Assembly: GCA_963755025.1 (NCBI GenBank)
Contig: CAVWIH010000030.1
Location: 32,001 to 96,000 of the forward strand
Length of the DNA: 64,000 bases
Direction of reading: 5' to 3'
Origin: an uncultured Actinomycetes bacterium
GTDB lineage: Bacteria > Actinomycetota > Thermoleophilia > UBA2241
This document shows, piece by piece, positions 34,279 to 47,432 of this stretch. The position numbers and the translations under genes were made by a program. The stretch's first letter is position 1; each line of letters opens with the position of its first letter. The notes beneath the pieces are model-generated. The model had not been told where the DNA came from and ran no database searches. It worked only from the letters and a program-made list of their open reading frames with translations.

Positions 34279-34357
34279 GGCACCCCCGATGATACCCCCT
34301 GCCGCGATCGCCGCACGGTTCGCCGGGCGACGCCCCCGCCCGGCGCACATCCGGCAT

Positions 34358-34412
34358 CCCGGCGTCTATCCGGCGTCTGCCCGGCGTCTGCCCGGCGTCT
34401 GCCCGGCGTCTA
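34358..34412. repeat. 11-bp tandem repeat (cccggcgtctg) x5
   Basis: Read directly between the DhaM-EI stop and the PPDK-like gene. Confidence 0.85.
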
Positions 34413-37166
34413 CCCGGCCGCGCCGGGCGTCGCAGCCGCCGCGGCGAGCGCGCGCACCTGCGCCGTCGAGTCGGCGGCCAGCGCCTTCGCGGCCAGGCGC
34501 CGCGCGGCGTCGGGCTCGACGCCGCGCACGACCTGCTTGGCGAGCGCGATGCGCGGCGCGGTCATCGACAGCGCGGTGACCCCCAGCCCCAGCAGGATGG
34601 GCACCGCCAGCGGGTCGCCGGCGATCTCGCCGCAGACCGCGACCGGCCGGCCGGCGGCGCCCGCGGCGCGCGCCACCGCGCCGATCAGGCGCAGCACGGC
34701 GGGGTGCAGGGCGTCGCCCAGGCCGGCCACCTCGGCGTTGCCGCGGTCGGCGGCCAGCACGTACTGGGTGAGGTCGTTGGTGCCCACCGAGAAGAAGTCG
34801 ACATGGGGCGCGAACGACTCGGCCATGAGCGCCACCGCCGGCACCTCGACCATGATCCCCACCTCGAGGCGCCGCGCCAGGGCGACGCCGGCCGCGGTCA
34901 GCGACGCGCGCGCCTCGTCGAGCAGCGCGCGGACCCGATGCAACTCGTCGAGCGTTGTCACCATGGGCAACAGGAGCCGCACCGGGTACGCGGCGCCCGC
35001 CCGCAGCACGGCGCGCAGCTGACCGCTCAGGAGCTCCGGGTGCCGCAGGCCCAGGCGGATGCCCCTGACTCCCAGGTAGGGGTTGTCCTCGCGCGCCAGC
35101 GGCAGGTAAGGCAGCTGCTTGTCGGCCCCTACGTCGAGCGTGCGCACCACGAGCGGCCGGCCGCCGAGCTCCTCGGCCATCGCGCGGTAGACCGCCGCCT
35201 GCTCGTCTTCGTCGGGCAGCCGGTCGCCCGCCAAAAAGAGGAACTCGGTGCGCAGGATGCCGACCCCGTCGGCGCCGCCGGCGACGGCCGCGGCGACCTC
35301 GCCCGGCCCCGCCACGTTGGCCGCCACCTCGACCGCCTGACCGCCCCGGGTGACGGCGGGCTCGCCCGCCCGGGCGCGCGCCTCGGCTTCGACGGCCGCG
35401 CTGTGGGCGCGCCGCGCCTCGGCCTGCTCGACCGTCGCCGCGCCGGGCGCCACCGTGACCGTGCCGGCGTCGCCGTCGAGCACCATGAGCGTGCCCTCGG
35501 CCACGCTCAGCAACTCCGCGCCGCAGGCCACCGCCGCCGGTATGCCCAGCGAGCGCGCCAGGATGGCGCCGTGCGAGGTGGGACCGCCAAAGGCGCAGGC
35601 CACGCCGAGCACCGCGGCGCGGTCGAGCAGGGCGATGGCGGCGGGCGCCAGGTCGGGCGCGATCACGATGCCGGCGCCGGGCGCGAGCGCCTCGCCGGCG
35701 GGCGCCGCGGCGGGCGCGGTCGCAGCGGCGGGTGCCGCGGCGGACGCGGTCGCAGCGGCGGGTGCCCCGGCGGACGCGGTCGCAGCGGCGGACGCGGGGG
35801 CCGGCGACTCCACGAGATGTCGCAGGACGCCGTCGGCCACGCCGCGCAGATCGGCCACCCGCGAGCGCAGGTACGGGTCGGCGACGGCCTCCCAGGCGCC
35901 GGCCGCGGCGACGGTCGCCGCCGTCCAGGCCGCGGCGGCGCTGCGGCCGTCGTCGAAGATCGCGGCGCGCGCCGGCCCCAGCAGCGCCTCGTCGCTCAAA
36001 AAGAGCAGGTGCGCGTCGAAGATGGCGGCGTCGTAGCCGCCCGCGCGACCGGCCACCGCGCCGCGCGCGCGGCGCAGGTCGGCGGCGGTCGCCTCGAGGG
36101 CGCTCTGCAGGGTGGCCCATTCGGCCTGCGGGTCGGCTGCACGTCGGTCGGGCACCGGCGCGGCGGCCGTCTGGGCAAGTCGCGCCCTGCCCACAACGAT
36201 TCCCGGCGAGCCGGGCATGCCCTGCAGCACGGCGCCCGGAACGGGGGTCGGAGCAGGAGGCGCCTCGACCGGCGCCGCGGCCCGCGAAACGACAGCCGAG
36301 GCGGTCTCCCCCACCGCAGCCGGCCCGCCGGCGTCGGCGCGGCCCTTGCCGGGCGCGTCGCCGAAGTCGTCGGCGGCCAGCCGGGCGATGGCGGCGAGGG
36401 CCTCGCCGGCCTGCAGTCCGCGGGCGCGCACCAGCAGCTCGTGGCCGCGGCCCGCGCCCAGCGCGGCGACGGCGTTCAGGCTGCGGGCGCTCACCGGCCC
36501 GCGCGCGGCGGTCAGGTCTTCGACGGTAACGTCGGCGTCGAACGCCGCCGCCGTGCGCACCAGCCGGGCCGCCGGCCGGGCGTGCAGCCCCAGCCGGTTG
36601 GCCACGACCACGTGCAGGGTCAAAGGCGCGGACGCGCCGGGCGCGGGTTCGGCGGGCGCGGGTTCTGCGGGCGCGGGTTCGGCGGGCGCGGGTTCGGCGG
36701 GCGCGGGCGCGGCGGGCGCGGGCGCGGCCGCGCCAGACGCAGCCGACACGGCTTCGGCCGGCGCCAGCTGCGTGACCTTTGCCGCCAGGCCGCCGCGTGC
36801 CTCGCCGGCGACGCTCTCGAGGGAGCCGCCGAGGGCCGCCGCCACGGCGGCGGCCACGGCTCCCTCGACCAGGGGCGCGTCGCAGAGCAGCACGCCGGCG
36901 CGGCGTTCGTGGGGCAGCAGGTCGAGCGCGAGCTCGGCCGACAGCACGGCGCTGCCCAGGTCCATGAGCACCAGCACGCCGTCGGGCGACCAGACGCGCT
37001 CGATGGCCTGGGCGACGAGCGCGGCGTCGGTGCCCAGCGGCTTGCCCGGCAGGTCGAGGCCGCCGGCCACGGCGATGGCCAGATCGGGGCCGGCCATCTG
37101 GGCGGCCAGCTCGGCCACGCCCTCGGCGAGCCGCGCGCTGTGGCTCACCAGGACGAGTCCGATCAC
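34410..37166 (-). CDS. dhaM: DhaM-HPr-Enzyme I multiphosphoryl transfer fusion
   Basis: VLVSHS, MDLGSA, APLVEGA (EIIA-Dha); GLHARPA (HPr); GGPTSHGAILAR, RTEFLF, MVEVP, SVGTNDLTQY, VCGE (EI). Confidence 0.92.
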   Translation of the reverse strand: MIGLVLVSHSARLAEGVAELAAQMAGPDLAIAVAGGLDLPGKPLGTDAALVAQAIERVWSPDGVLVLMDLGSAVLSAELALDLLPHERRAGVLLCDAPLVEGAVAAAVAAALGGSLESVAGEARGGLAAKVTQLAPAEAVSAASGAAAPAPAAPAPAEPAPAEPAPAEPAPAEPAPGASAPLTLHVVVANRLGLHARPAARLVRTAAAFDADVTVEDLTAARGPVSARSLNAVAALGAGRGHELLVRARGLQAGEALAAIARLAADDFGDAPGKGRADAGGPAAVGETASAVVSRAAAPVEAPPAPTPVPGAVLQGMPGSPGIVVGRARLAQTAAAPVPDRRAADPQAEWATLQSALEATAADLRRARGAVAGRAGGYDAAIFDAHLLFLSDEALLGPARAAIFDDGRSAAAAWTAATVAAAGAWEAVADPYLRSRVADLRGVADGVLRHLVESPAPASAAATASAGAPAAATASAAAPAAATAPAAAPAGEALAPGAGIVIAPDLAPAAIALLDRAAVLGVACAFGGPTSHGAILARSLGIPAAVACGAELLSVAEGTLMVLDGDAGTVTVAPGAATVEQAEARRAHSAAVEAEARARAGEPAVTRGGQAVEVAANVAGPGEVAAAVAGGADGVGILRTEFLFLAGDRLPDEDEQAAVYRAMAEELGGRPLVVRTLDVGADKQLPYLPLAREDNPYLGVRGIRLGLRHPELLSGQLRAVLRAGAAYPVRLLLPMVTTLDELHRVRALLDEARASLTAAGVALARRLEVGIMVEVPAVALMAESFAPHVDFFSVGTNDLTQYVLAADRGNAEVAGLGDALHPAVLRLIGAVARAAGAAGRPVAVCGEIAGDPLAVPILLGLGVTALSMTAPRIALAKQVVRGVEPDAARRLAAKALAADSTAQVRALAAAAATPGAAG

Positions 37167-37969
37167 GAAGCAGACCCCGCGAACAGCGTGGCGGCGGCCG
37201 CCTCGAGCAGCAGCCAGGACGAGGTCGCGCCGGGGTCTTGCGTGCCGGCGCTGCGCTCGCCGAGGTAGCTCGCCCTGCCCTTGCGGGCGACCAGCGGCGT
37301 CGTGGCCTTCATGCCGCGCTCGGCCGCCGCGGCCGACTCGCGCAGGGCGTCGCCGGGCGCCCGGCCGGCGGCGACGGCGGCGCGCAGCGCCGCGACCGCC
37401 GGCAGCAGCGCGTCGATCATCGTCTTGTCGTCGGGCTCGGCCTTGCCGCGCGCCTGCGCACCGGCCACGCCGGCCTCGAGCGCCGCGCTCCATTGCTCCA
37501 CGGTGAGCGCGCTCGCGTCGCCCGACGCCGCCGCCATGCGCAGAAAGAGCGTGCCGTAGAGCGGCCCGGCCGCGCCGCCGACGCTCGACACCAGCGTCAT
37601 GCCGATCGCCTTGAGCAACGCGCCGACAGGGGCGGCGCCATCGGGCACATCGCCGGGAGCACCACCGGGAGTACTACCAGGAGCGCCGCCCGGAGCGCCG
37701 CCGAGAGCGCCGCCCCCAGCGCCGCCCGGAGCGCCGCCGAGAGCGCCGCCCCCAGCGCCACCCGCAGCGCCGCCGCCCTCCGGCCACTCGTCGAGCTTGG
37801 CGACCACCGCCTGCATGCCGCGGTCCATGTTGATGCCGTGGTCGGCGTCGCCGATGGCGGCGTCGAGCTCGGTCAGGTGCTCGCGCTCGCGCGTGACCGC
37901 GGCCGCGAAGGCCCGCATCCAGGCGGTGACCTCGGCGCAGCCGACGGTCGCGCCCGCGGCCGCTGTCAA
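37163..37969 (-). CDS. dhaL: Dihydroxyacetone kinase subunit L
   Basis: [44 protein letters not shown]; Gly/Ala repeat insertion. Confidence 0.93.
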   Translation of the reverse strand: MTAAAGATVGCAEVTAWMRAFAAAVTREREHLTELDAAIGDADHGINMDRGMQAVVAKLDEWPEGGGAAGGAGGGALGGAPGGAGGGALGGAPGGAPGSTPGGAPGDVPDGAAPVGALLKAIGMTLVSSVGGAAGPLYGTLFLRMAAASGDASALTVEQWSAALEAGVAGAQARGKAEPDDKTMIDALLPAVAALRAAVAAGRAPGDALRESAAAAERGMKATTPLVARKGRASYLGERSAGTQDPGATSSWLLLEAAAATLFAGSAS

Positions 37970-38967
37970 GCGCCCCACCGCAGGCCCGTCGTGACGACCG
38001 GCGCGTCCCAGAGCGCCGTGAGCTCGTCGTCTAAGCGCAGCAGCGTGATCGAGCAGCCCGCCATGTCGAGCGCGGTCATGTACGGACCGATCAGGTTGCG
38101 CGTGATGGCGATGCCGCGCGCCTCGAGCAGCGTGTAGAGCTCGTTGTAGACGATGTAGAGCTCCATGAGCGGCGTCGCTCCGAGGCCGTCGACGAAGGCC
38201 AGCACGCGGTCGCCGCGCACGAAGGGCAGGTCGTCGACGATGGCCGCCGTGAGCGCCTCGACGACCTCGTGCGCGCCGGCCAGCGGCCGCCGCTCGCGGC
38301 CGGGCTCGCCGTGAATGCCGACGCCGAGCTCGATCTCGTCGTCGCCCAGCGCGAAGGTGGGCTTGCCGACCATCGGCACGGTGCACGACGTGAGGGCCAC
38401 ACCCATGCTGCGGGCGCCGGCGTTGACCGTGCGGCAGAGCGCGGCGACCTCGGCCAACGGGCGGCCCTGCTCGGCCGCCGCGCCGCAGATCTTCTCGGCC
38501 AGCACCGTGGCGCCCACGCCGCGCCGCCCGGCGGTGTGCAGGCTGTCGCGCACCGCGACGTCGTCGTCGATCACCACCGACTCGACGTCGATGCCTTCGT
38601 CGGCGGCGAGCTCGGCGGCCATCTCGAAGTTCATCACGTCGCCGGTGTAGTTCTTGACGATGTAGAGGACGCCGGCGCCGCCGTCGACCGTTTGCGTGGC
38701 GGCCAGCATCTGGTCGGGCGTGGGCGAAGTGAACACCGCTCCCGGGCAGGCCGCGTCGAGCATGCCGCGGCCCACGAAACCGCCGTGCATGGGTTCGTGC
38801 CCCGAGCCGCCGCCCGAGACGAGCGCCACCTTGCCCTGCACGGGGGCGTCGGCCCGCACGATGAAGTCGGGGCGGCGCGACACTCTCAGCCTGTCGGGAT
38901 GGGCCCGCGCGATGCCGTCGAGCTCTTCGCTCACGGCGTCTGCGGGCCGGTTGATGAGCTTCTTCAT
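37966..38967 (-). CDS. dhaK: Dihydroxyacetone kinase subunit K
   Basis: [34 protein letters not shown]. Confidence 0.95.
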   Translation of the reverse strand: MKKLINRPADAVSEELDGIARAHPDRLRVSRRPDFIVRADAPVQGKVALVSGGGSGHEPMHGGFVGRGMLDAACPGAVFTSPTPDQMLAATQTVDGGAGVLYIVKNYTGDVMNFEMAAELAADEGIDVESVVIDDDVAVRDSLHTAGRRGVGATVLAEKICGAAAEQGRPLAEVAALCRTVNAGARSMGVALTSCTVPMVGKPTFALGDDEIELGVGIHGEPGRERRPLAGAHEVVEALTAAIVDDLPFVRGDRVLAFVDGLGATPLMELYIVYNELYTLLEARGIAITRNLIGPYMTALDMAGCSITLLRLDDELTALWDAPVVTTGLRWGA

Positions 38968-39035
38968 CGCGGTAACCCCCTGCGGCTTGCCTTGCGCTCG
39001 CCGGGCGCGTGGCGGCCCGGCCGATCCCGCTGCTG

Positions 39036-39065
39036 GGTTTACGCTCACAGACCGCCCAGCGTCAA
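39036..39065 (-). promoter_or_regulatory. Putative sigma70 promoter of the dha operon
   Basis: Minus strand TTGACG-N18-TAAACC. Confidence 0.4.
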
Positions 39066-39167
39066 GCCGTCGTGCGCCGCCCGTCGGCTCCATCGGCGGC
39101 GTCGGAGCCGCCGCCCGGGCCCGCAGAAGCAGCACGGCCGGCGGGCGGCCTCCGATCGTCGGGTGCG

Positions 39168-40012
39168 TCACGGCCGGGCAGCGGCCTCCTGATCGTCGGC
39201 CAGCGCGCCGCTCACCGCGCCCACGAGCTCGGCGGCGGCGCGGCAAGCGGCGCCTGCGTCGGCGGCGCGCTGCACGCGGTCGATGAGCGCGCTGCCCACG
39301 ATCACGCCGTCGGCCAGAGCGGCGACCTCGGCGGCCTGCTGCGGCGTCGAGATGCCGAAGCCCACGGCCAGCGGGGCCTGGGTGCGGGCGCGCAGCCGGG
39401 CGATGAGGCCGGGCAGCTCGGCGCCGGTCTCGCGACGGGCGCCGGTCACCCCGGTGACGGCCACGCAGTAGACGAACGAGGTCGCCGCCCGGCCGACCAG
39501 CTCGAGGCGCTCGTCGGTGCTGGTCGGCGTGGCCATGGGCACGATCGCCACGCCGCACTCGGCGGCGGCGGCCGCGTACGGCGGCGCCTCATCGAGCGGC
39601 AGGTCGGGAATGACGAGCGCCTCGACGCCCGCGCCCTGCGCGCGGGCGAAGAAGCGCTTCGGGCCGTAGGCGAGCACGGTGTTCAGGTAGGTGAGCAGGG
39701 CGAAGGGGGCGGCGGCGCTGTGCGCCGCCGCCAGCTCGAAGACGTGCTCGGGCGTGATCCCGGCCTGCAGCGCCTGCCAGGTCGAGCGCTGCACCACGGG
39801 ACCGTCGGCGATCGGGTCGGAGAAGGGCACGCCGAGCTCGACGACGTCGGCGCCGGCGGCGATCACCGCCTCGATCAGCAGGTGACTGGTCGCCAGGTCG
39901 GGGTGGCCGGCCGTGAGGTAGGGGATGAGGGCGGCCCTGGCGGCGCGGGGCGCCGCGAAGGCCGCCGCCAGGCGCGGCGCGAGGCCGGCGGACGGTGCGG
40001 ACGCTGCCGTCG

Positions 40013-40016
<4 letters not shown>
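39168..40016 (-). CDS. trpA: Tryptophan synthase alpha subunit
   Basis: [40 protein letters not shown]. Confidence 0.95.
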
Positions 40017-41218
<1,202 letters not shown>

Positions 41219-41245
41219 CGGTCGACCTCCGGGGTCGTTGCGGGT

Positions 41246-42037
41246 TCAGCGGTCTGTGGCTCGGCGGGGCGAGCGGCGGGCGCAGCGCCCTGTGTGGTCG
41301 CCCGCGCGGCGCAGGGACGCGGCGGCCTGCGCGTCTGCCTCGTGCACCGCCGCGAAGAAGGCGCGTAGTAGAGCCTCGTCTTTGCGGCCGGGGGCGTCGC
41401 GCGGCTCGAGGCCGCTCGACACGTCGACGGCCCAGGGGCGCACGGCGGCGATGGCCTCGCCCACGTTGCCGGGCGCGAGGCCGCCGGCCAGCACGAGCCT
41501 CCCCGCCGGCAGCGGCGCGGCGGCCAGGGATCGCCAGTCGAGCGTGGCGCCGCTGCCGCCGTAGACGCCGGGCGCGCGCGCGTCGAGCAGCACGAAGTCG
41601 GCGTCGGCGGCGTCGGGGGTGTCGGCGGCGGCGAGGAGCAGCGGCCGCAGGCCGCTGCTCCTCGCCGCCGCCCGGACGGCCGCCACGGTCGGGCCGTCGG
41701 CGCCGGCCGAGAGCTGCACCGCGTCAAGGCCGGCCACGGCGAGTGCCGCCGCGATCCACTCCGGCGACTCGGTGGTCACCACCGCGACGGTGAGCGCGGC
41801 GCCGGCACCGGCGGCCGCAACGCCCGTGGCCGCGGCGAGCGCGCCTGCGGCCGCAACGCCCGCAGCGCCCGCGGCGCCCCGAACGCCCGCAGCGGCGCGC
41901 GCCAGCGCCGCCGCCTGTTGCGGCGTGACGCGGCGCGGGCTCTCGGCGAGCACGAAGCCGCAGGCCCACGCCCCGCACTCGACCGCGAGGCGCACGTCGC
42001 GCTCGCGGGTGAGGCCGCAGACCTTGACGGCGGTCAC
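41246..42037 (-). CDS. trpF: Phosphoribosylanthranilate isomerase (true stop may be 41215)
   Basis: VKVCGLT, SPR, LLDA, YGGSG, LAGGL, VDVSSG. Confidence 0.9.
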   Translation of the reverse strand: MTAVKVCGLTRERDVRLAVECGAWACGFVLAESPRRVTPQQAAALARAAAGVRGAAGAAGVAAAGALAAATGVAAAGAGAALTVAVVTTESPEWIAAALAVAGLDAVQLSAGADGPTVAAVRAAARSSGLRPLLLAAADTPDAADADFVLLDARAPGVYGGSGATLDWRSLAAAPLPAGRLVLAGGLAPGNVGEAIAAVRPWAVDVSSGLEPRDAPGRKDEALLRAFFAAVHEADAQAAASLRRAGDHTGRCARRSPRRATDR

Positions 42038-42951
42038 GACCGCGCCCCGGCGTTAGGTCGTGTCGGCGCTTGCGGCGCGGGAGGCTCCGCCGGCGTCGGC
42101 AGTCCCTTGAGCTCGGCGACGAGGGCGGCCAGGCGCGCGTGCGGCGTGCGCACCAGGGTCTCGCCCACGAGGAGCGCCCGGGCTCCGGCCCGCGCCGCGC
42201 GCCGGGCGTCGGCGGCCGTCACGACGCCGCTCTCGCTCACCAGCAGCACGTCGTGCGGCGCGAGCGCCGCGAGCCGCTCCGTCACCCTCAAGTCGACGGT
42301 GAGAGTACGCAGGTCGCGGTTGTTGACGCCGATGAGCGCGGCGCCCGCGGCGACCGCTCGGCCGAGCTCGGCTTCGTCGTGCACCTCGACCAGGGCGTCG
42401 AGGCCGCACAGGCGGCACTCGCCGAGCAGTAAAGCCAGGCCGCGGTCGTCGAGCGCCGCGGCGATGAGCAGTACGGCGGCGGCTCCCGCCGTGGCGGCCT
42501 CCCACACCTGATAGGGGTCGACCACGAAATCCTTGCGCAGCACCGGCAGCGAGACGGCCGCGGCGACCGCCTCGAGGTCGGCCAGCGAGCCGCCGAAGCG
42601 TCGCGGCTCGGTGAGCACCGAGACGGCGTCGGCCCCGGCCGCTGCGTAGGCCTGCGCCTGCGCGGCGGCATTGAGCCCCGGCGCGATGGCGCCCTTGCTC
42701 GGCGAGGCGCGCTTGACCTCGGCGATCAGCGCGGTCGCGCCGGCCGGCACGCCCTCGGCGCCAGCCGCGGCGGCCACGATGGCCGCCGCCAGGCGGCCGC
42801 CCGGCGGCCGCGCCGGCCCCGACTCTCCCACCACCACCGTGGGCGCAAGCTCGCCGGGGGGCGCCGCGTCGGGCCGCGCGAGCGGCCGCTCGCGGCGCGC
42901 GAGCTCGACCCGCTCGCGCGCCTGCTCGACCATGGTCGTCAGAAAGTCCAC
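42034..42951 (-). CDS. trpC: Indole-3-glycerol phosphate synthase
   Basis: [42 protein letters not shown]. Confidence 0.93.
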   Translation of the reverse strand: MDFLTTMVEQARERVELARRERPLARPDAAPPGELAPTVVVGESGPARPPGGRLAAAIVAAAAGAEGVPAGATALIAEVKRASPSKGAIAPGLNAAAQAQAYAAAGADAVSVLTEPRRFGGSLADLEAVAAAVSLPVLRKDFVVDPYQVWEAATAGAAAVLLIAAALDDRGLALLLGECRLCGLDALVEVHDEAELGRAVAAGAALIGVNNRDLRTLTVDLRVTERLAALAPHDVLLVSESGVVTAADARRAARAGARALLVGETLVRTPHARLAALVAELKGLPTPAEPPAPQAPTRPNAGARS

Positions 42952-42953
42952 GG

Positions 42954-44001
42954 CTAGCCCTCCTCGGCGCGCAGCCGGTTGGTGACCGCCACCAGGGCGG
43001 CGAGCTTGCCGGCCGCCGCGCCGCTGGCCACGGCGGCGCGCGCCTGCTCGACGCCCTCGCCGATGTCGGCCGCCGCCTCGGTGATGTAGAGCGCCGCGCC
43101 GGCGTTCAGCAGGGCGATGTCCAACTGCGGCCCGGGGCGGCCCTCGAGCAGCGCGGTGAGCAGCGCCGCGTTCTCGGCGGCGTCGCCGCCGCGCAGGTCG
43201 TCGAGCCGGGCGCGGGCCAGCCCGAACTGCTCGGGCGCGACCGTGTAGCGGCGGTCGAAGCCTTGCCCGGCGAAGACCTCGACCACGGCCGTGGGGCAGG
43301 TCGTCGAGATCTCGTCGAGGCCGTCGTCGCTGTGCACCAGCAGGTTGCGCGACGTGCCCATCATGCGCACCGCCTGCGCCAGGCGGTCGACGTAGCGCGC
43401 GTCGGCCACGCCGATCAGCTGGTGGCGCGCGCCGGCCGGGTTGGTGAGCGGACCGATCACGTTGAAGGTGGTCGCCATGCCGAGCTCGCGGCGCACGCCC
43501 GCCACGTTCTTCATGGCGAGGTGGTGGCGCGGCGCGAACATGAAGCCGATGCCCGCCTCGGCGATGCAGCGGCTCACCTGGGCGGGGGTGATGTCGATGG
43601 CCACGCCGAGCGCCTCGAGCACGTCGGCGCTGCCGCAGCGGCTGGTCGCGGAGCGGTTGCCGTGCTTGGCCACGGTCACGCCGGCGCCGGCGGCGATCAG
43701 GGCGGCCGCCGTCGAGATGTTGAAGGTGCTGGGCGCCGTCGCCGCCCGTGCCGCAGGTGTCGAGGATGACATCGGCGTCGACCTCGACCTTCTCGACCAG
43801 GTCGGTCATGGCGCGCGCCATGCCGACGATCTCCTCGGCGGTCTCGCCCTTCACGCGCAGCGCGGAGAGCAGGGCGGCGGTCTGGGCTTCGCCCACGCCG
43901 CCCCCCATGATCTCGAGCACCACGCCGCGCGCCTCGTCTTCGCTTAGGTCGCCGCCGGCGCTGAGCGTCGCCAGGGCGTGGGAGAGGATGTCGTTGGGCA
44001 T
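42954..44001 (-). CDS. trpD: Anthranilate phosphoribosyltransferase (frameshift near 43735)
   Basis: DTCGTGGDG / [34 protein letters not shown]. Confidence 0.92.
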
Positions 44002-44009
44002 CGTCGCGG

Positions 44010-44679
<670 letters not shown>

Positions 44680-44684
44680 GCGCC

Positions 44685-46292
44685 TCAGCCTCCCGGCGGT
44701 CCCGCGAACTCTTCGTGGGCCAGCGCGACCGCGCGCAGCAGAGCCGCCGCCTTGTTCTCGGTCTCGACGAACTCGCCGCCCGGGTCGGAGTCGGCGACGA
44801 TGCCGGCCCCGGCCTGGGCGTAGGCGACGCCGTCCTTCATGACGATCGTGCGGATGCAGATGCAGGTGTCGAGGTCGCCGCCCGGCGAGAGGTAGCCGAT
44901 CGCCCCGGCGTAGGGGCCGCGCCGCACGGGCTCGAGCTCGTCGATGATCTGCATGGCGCGCACCTTGGGGGCGCCGCTCACGGTGCCGGCCGGGAACGCC
45001 GCCTTGAGGGCGTCGATGGCGCCGTGCCCTTTCGCCAGAGTACCGCTCACCGACGAGACCATGTGGATCACGTGCGAGTAGCGCTCCATGCCCATGAGCT
45101 CGTCGACCTGCACGCTGCCCGGCACGCAGACGCGACCCAGGTCGTTGCGCCCGAGGTCGACCAGCATGACGTGCTCGGCGCACTCCTTGTCGTCGGCGCG
45201 CAGCTCGGCCATGAGGCGCTCGTCTTCGGCTGTGTCGGCGCCGCGCCGCCGCGTGCCGGCGATCGGCCGGGTCACGACCCGGTCGCCGTGCACGGTGACC
45301 AGCGGCTCGGGCGACGAGCCCGCCAGGCAGAAGTCGTCGAAGGCGATGTAGTACATGTAGGGACTGGGATTGACGGCTCGCAGCCCGCGGTAGACGGCGA
45401 ACGGCGAGACGCTGATCGGCGTGGCGAAGCGCTGGCTGAGCACGACCTGGAGCGCGTCGCCGGCCGTGATGTAGTCGCCGATGCGCGCCACGCCGGCCTC
45501 GAAGTCGGCGCGGCTCACCGACGACGTCACCGAGCCCGCGACGCGCGACGCGCCGTGGTCGGGCGCCGCGGCGAGATCGGACGACGCGCCAGGGCCCGCG
45601 GAGCGCGACGGTCCGTCCGCGACCGGCGGCGCCGCGTCGGGCAGCGCCGCCGCCAGGCGCGCCTTGACGTCGGCGATGCGCGCCACGGCCTGCCGGTAGG
45701 GCTCGTCGATGCGCGCGCCGGCCGGCGGCGCCGTCGTCACGCACGGCGTTGGCGACGATCGTGATGGCGTGCTTCAGGTGGTCGAAGACGAGCACCGTGT
45801 CGGCCAGCAGGAAGGCCATCTCGGGCAGCCCCAGGTCGTCGGGCGGCGCGTCGGGCAGGCGCTCGAGGTGGCGGACGAGGTCGTAGGCGAAGTAGCCCAC
45901 GAGGGCGCCGGCGAGCGAGGGCAGCTCGCCGGCCGGCGCCGGGTGCGACTCGGCGACCAGCGCGGCGGCGGCGGCGAAGGGGTCGTCGCAGGCGACTCGC
46001 GGCGCACGCCGTCGCGCTCGACCGTGAGCAGGCCGTCGCGAAAGCCGACCACGGCGCGCGCGCCGATGCCCAGAAAGGAGTAGCGCCCCAGCCGCTGCCC
46101 CTGCTCGGCGCTCTCGAGCAGGAACGCGCGCCGCGGGGTGCCGAGCTTGAGAAACGCCGAGACGGGGGTCTCTAAGTCGGAGAAGAAGGAGTGGGTTACC
46201 GGAACGACGTCGTGAGCGAGAACGAGGCGGCGGGCCTCGGCTAGCTCAGGTGTGCAGCATATGTCCTTTGCCACGGGCCAATCATGGAGCAC
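44685..46292 (-). CDS. trpE: Anthranilate synthase component I (frameshifted; start uncertain)
   Basis: DLETPVSAF, FLLESAE..GRYSF, QVVLSQR, NPSPYM, PIAGTR, EHVMLVDLGRND, PAGTVSGAPK. Confidence 0.93.
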
Positions 46293-46622
46293 CTCCGGTG
46301 CGGCTTGGGCCCAACGTCTTCACGGTTTTTCGAGGGTAGGGCACCGACCGGGGCGCCGTCAACCCCGGGTGGGGATAGGGGATAGGAGGGAATGAAACGC
46401 GCCCCCTTCATTTGCCCCCCTCTGCTGGTCGTGCTCGGCCGTCGCTTCGCTGTGGGTCGGGTCTTTGTCAGGATGGCAGGGGTGGAGGGTATCCACCAGG
46501 TTGCCCCGGTCCGGTGCCGAACGGGTCACCGACTCCGCGGCGGATTGCTGCGGTTCCGAGCAGCCTCCGGTTGCGATAGCATCTAGCATCGGGCCGCATG
46601 GCCCACGAAGGGGGCGGCGTAG

Positions 46623-47196
46623 GTGACTAAGAGGTCAACCCTCGCGACGATTCTTGCAGTCATAGCTCTGCAGGCGAGCGCTTTTGCTGTCGGACGCGTC
46701 GATGCGTACCTCGCTCTCTCCGCCCTTGCGGTGTTTGTGTTGTGGGTGCGGTTACTTGCCGCCGCATGGGCCGCTCGCACGATTCCGATCACTGGGGGCG
46801 AGGCTCTCGCAACGACGAGGTCGCGCTTCTTGGGCAAGCTTATCAACTGCGTCGCTTGGTACCCGGCACTGCTCCTGATTGCGGCACTTCCGCAGAGTGG
46901 CCTGGCCGGCCTTCTGGGTCTACACGGTTGCCTATTTCTGGCTCGCTCTGGGTCTCATGGAAGGTCTGACGGGAACCTGCCCTGGCAAGCTCGTGCTCGG
47001 CATGGAAGTACATCGGACAGACGGCTCCCCACGTACTCTCGGAAGCGCGCTCCTGCGCAACGTGATACCGCTCTGGCTCTTCTGGCCGGCCGTCGTTGAA
47101 AGCGTGATCATGCACCACACCGCACGGCGGCAGCGCGGCGCGGACCTGATGGCCCATACAGTGGTGGCGGCGATAGGTCCACACCGCCCCAGTTAG
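46623..47196 (+). CDS. RDD-family membrane protein (frameshift near 46900)
   Basis: LATTRSRFLG..IN in one frame, then YFW..EGLTGTCPGKLVLG..R.DG..LLRN..RQR.AD..A.TVV. Confidence 0.65.
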
Positions 47197-47432
47197 TCAG
47201 ACGGCTGCTGGCGGGCCAGCCGACGACCCCTGCAGCCGTGCTCGTCGAATGGTCGCCCCCCCCGGAGTAGGCGAACCGTGCGAAGGGCGGCGAGCCGAGG
47301 TGTGCAGGTTCGCGACAGTCTTCAGGGTTCCATCCGCTTACCCCCCTGCACGTCCCGATTGGTCCAGCCGGTACCACGCTTCTGCGCTATGCGGGCCTGC
47401 TGTAGGCTAGTGCGAACCTCACAGGGAGAGCG

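Noticed and set aside
46392-46586. 64-aa ORF with strong RBS divergent from trpE
   Set aside because: No recognizable homology or motif; may be real but cannot be supported
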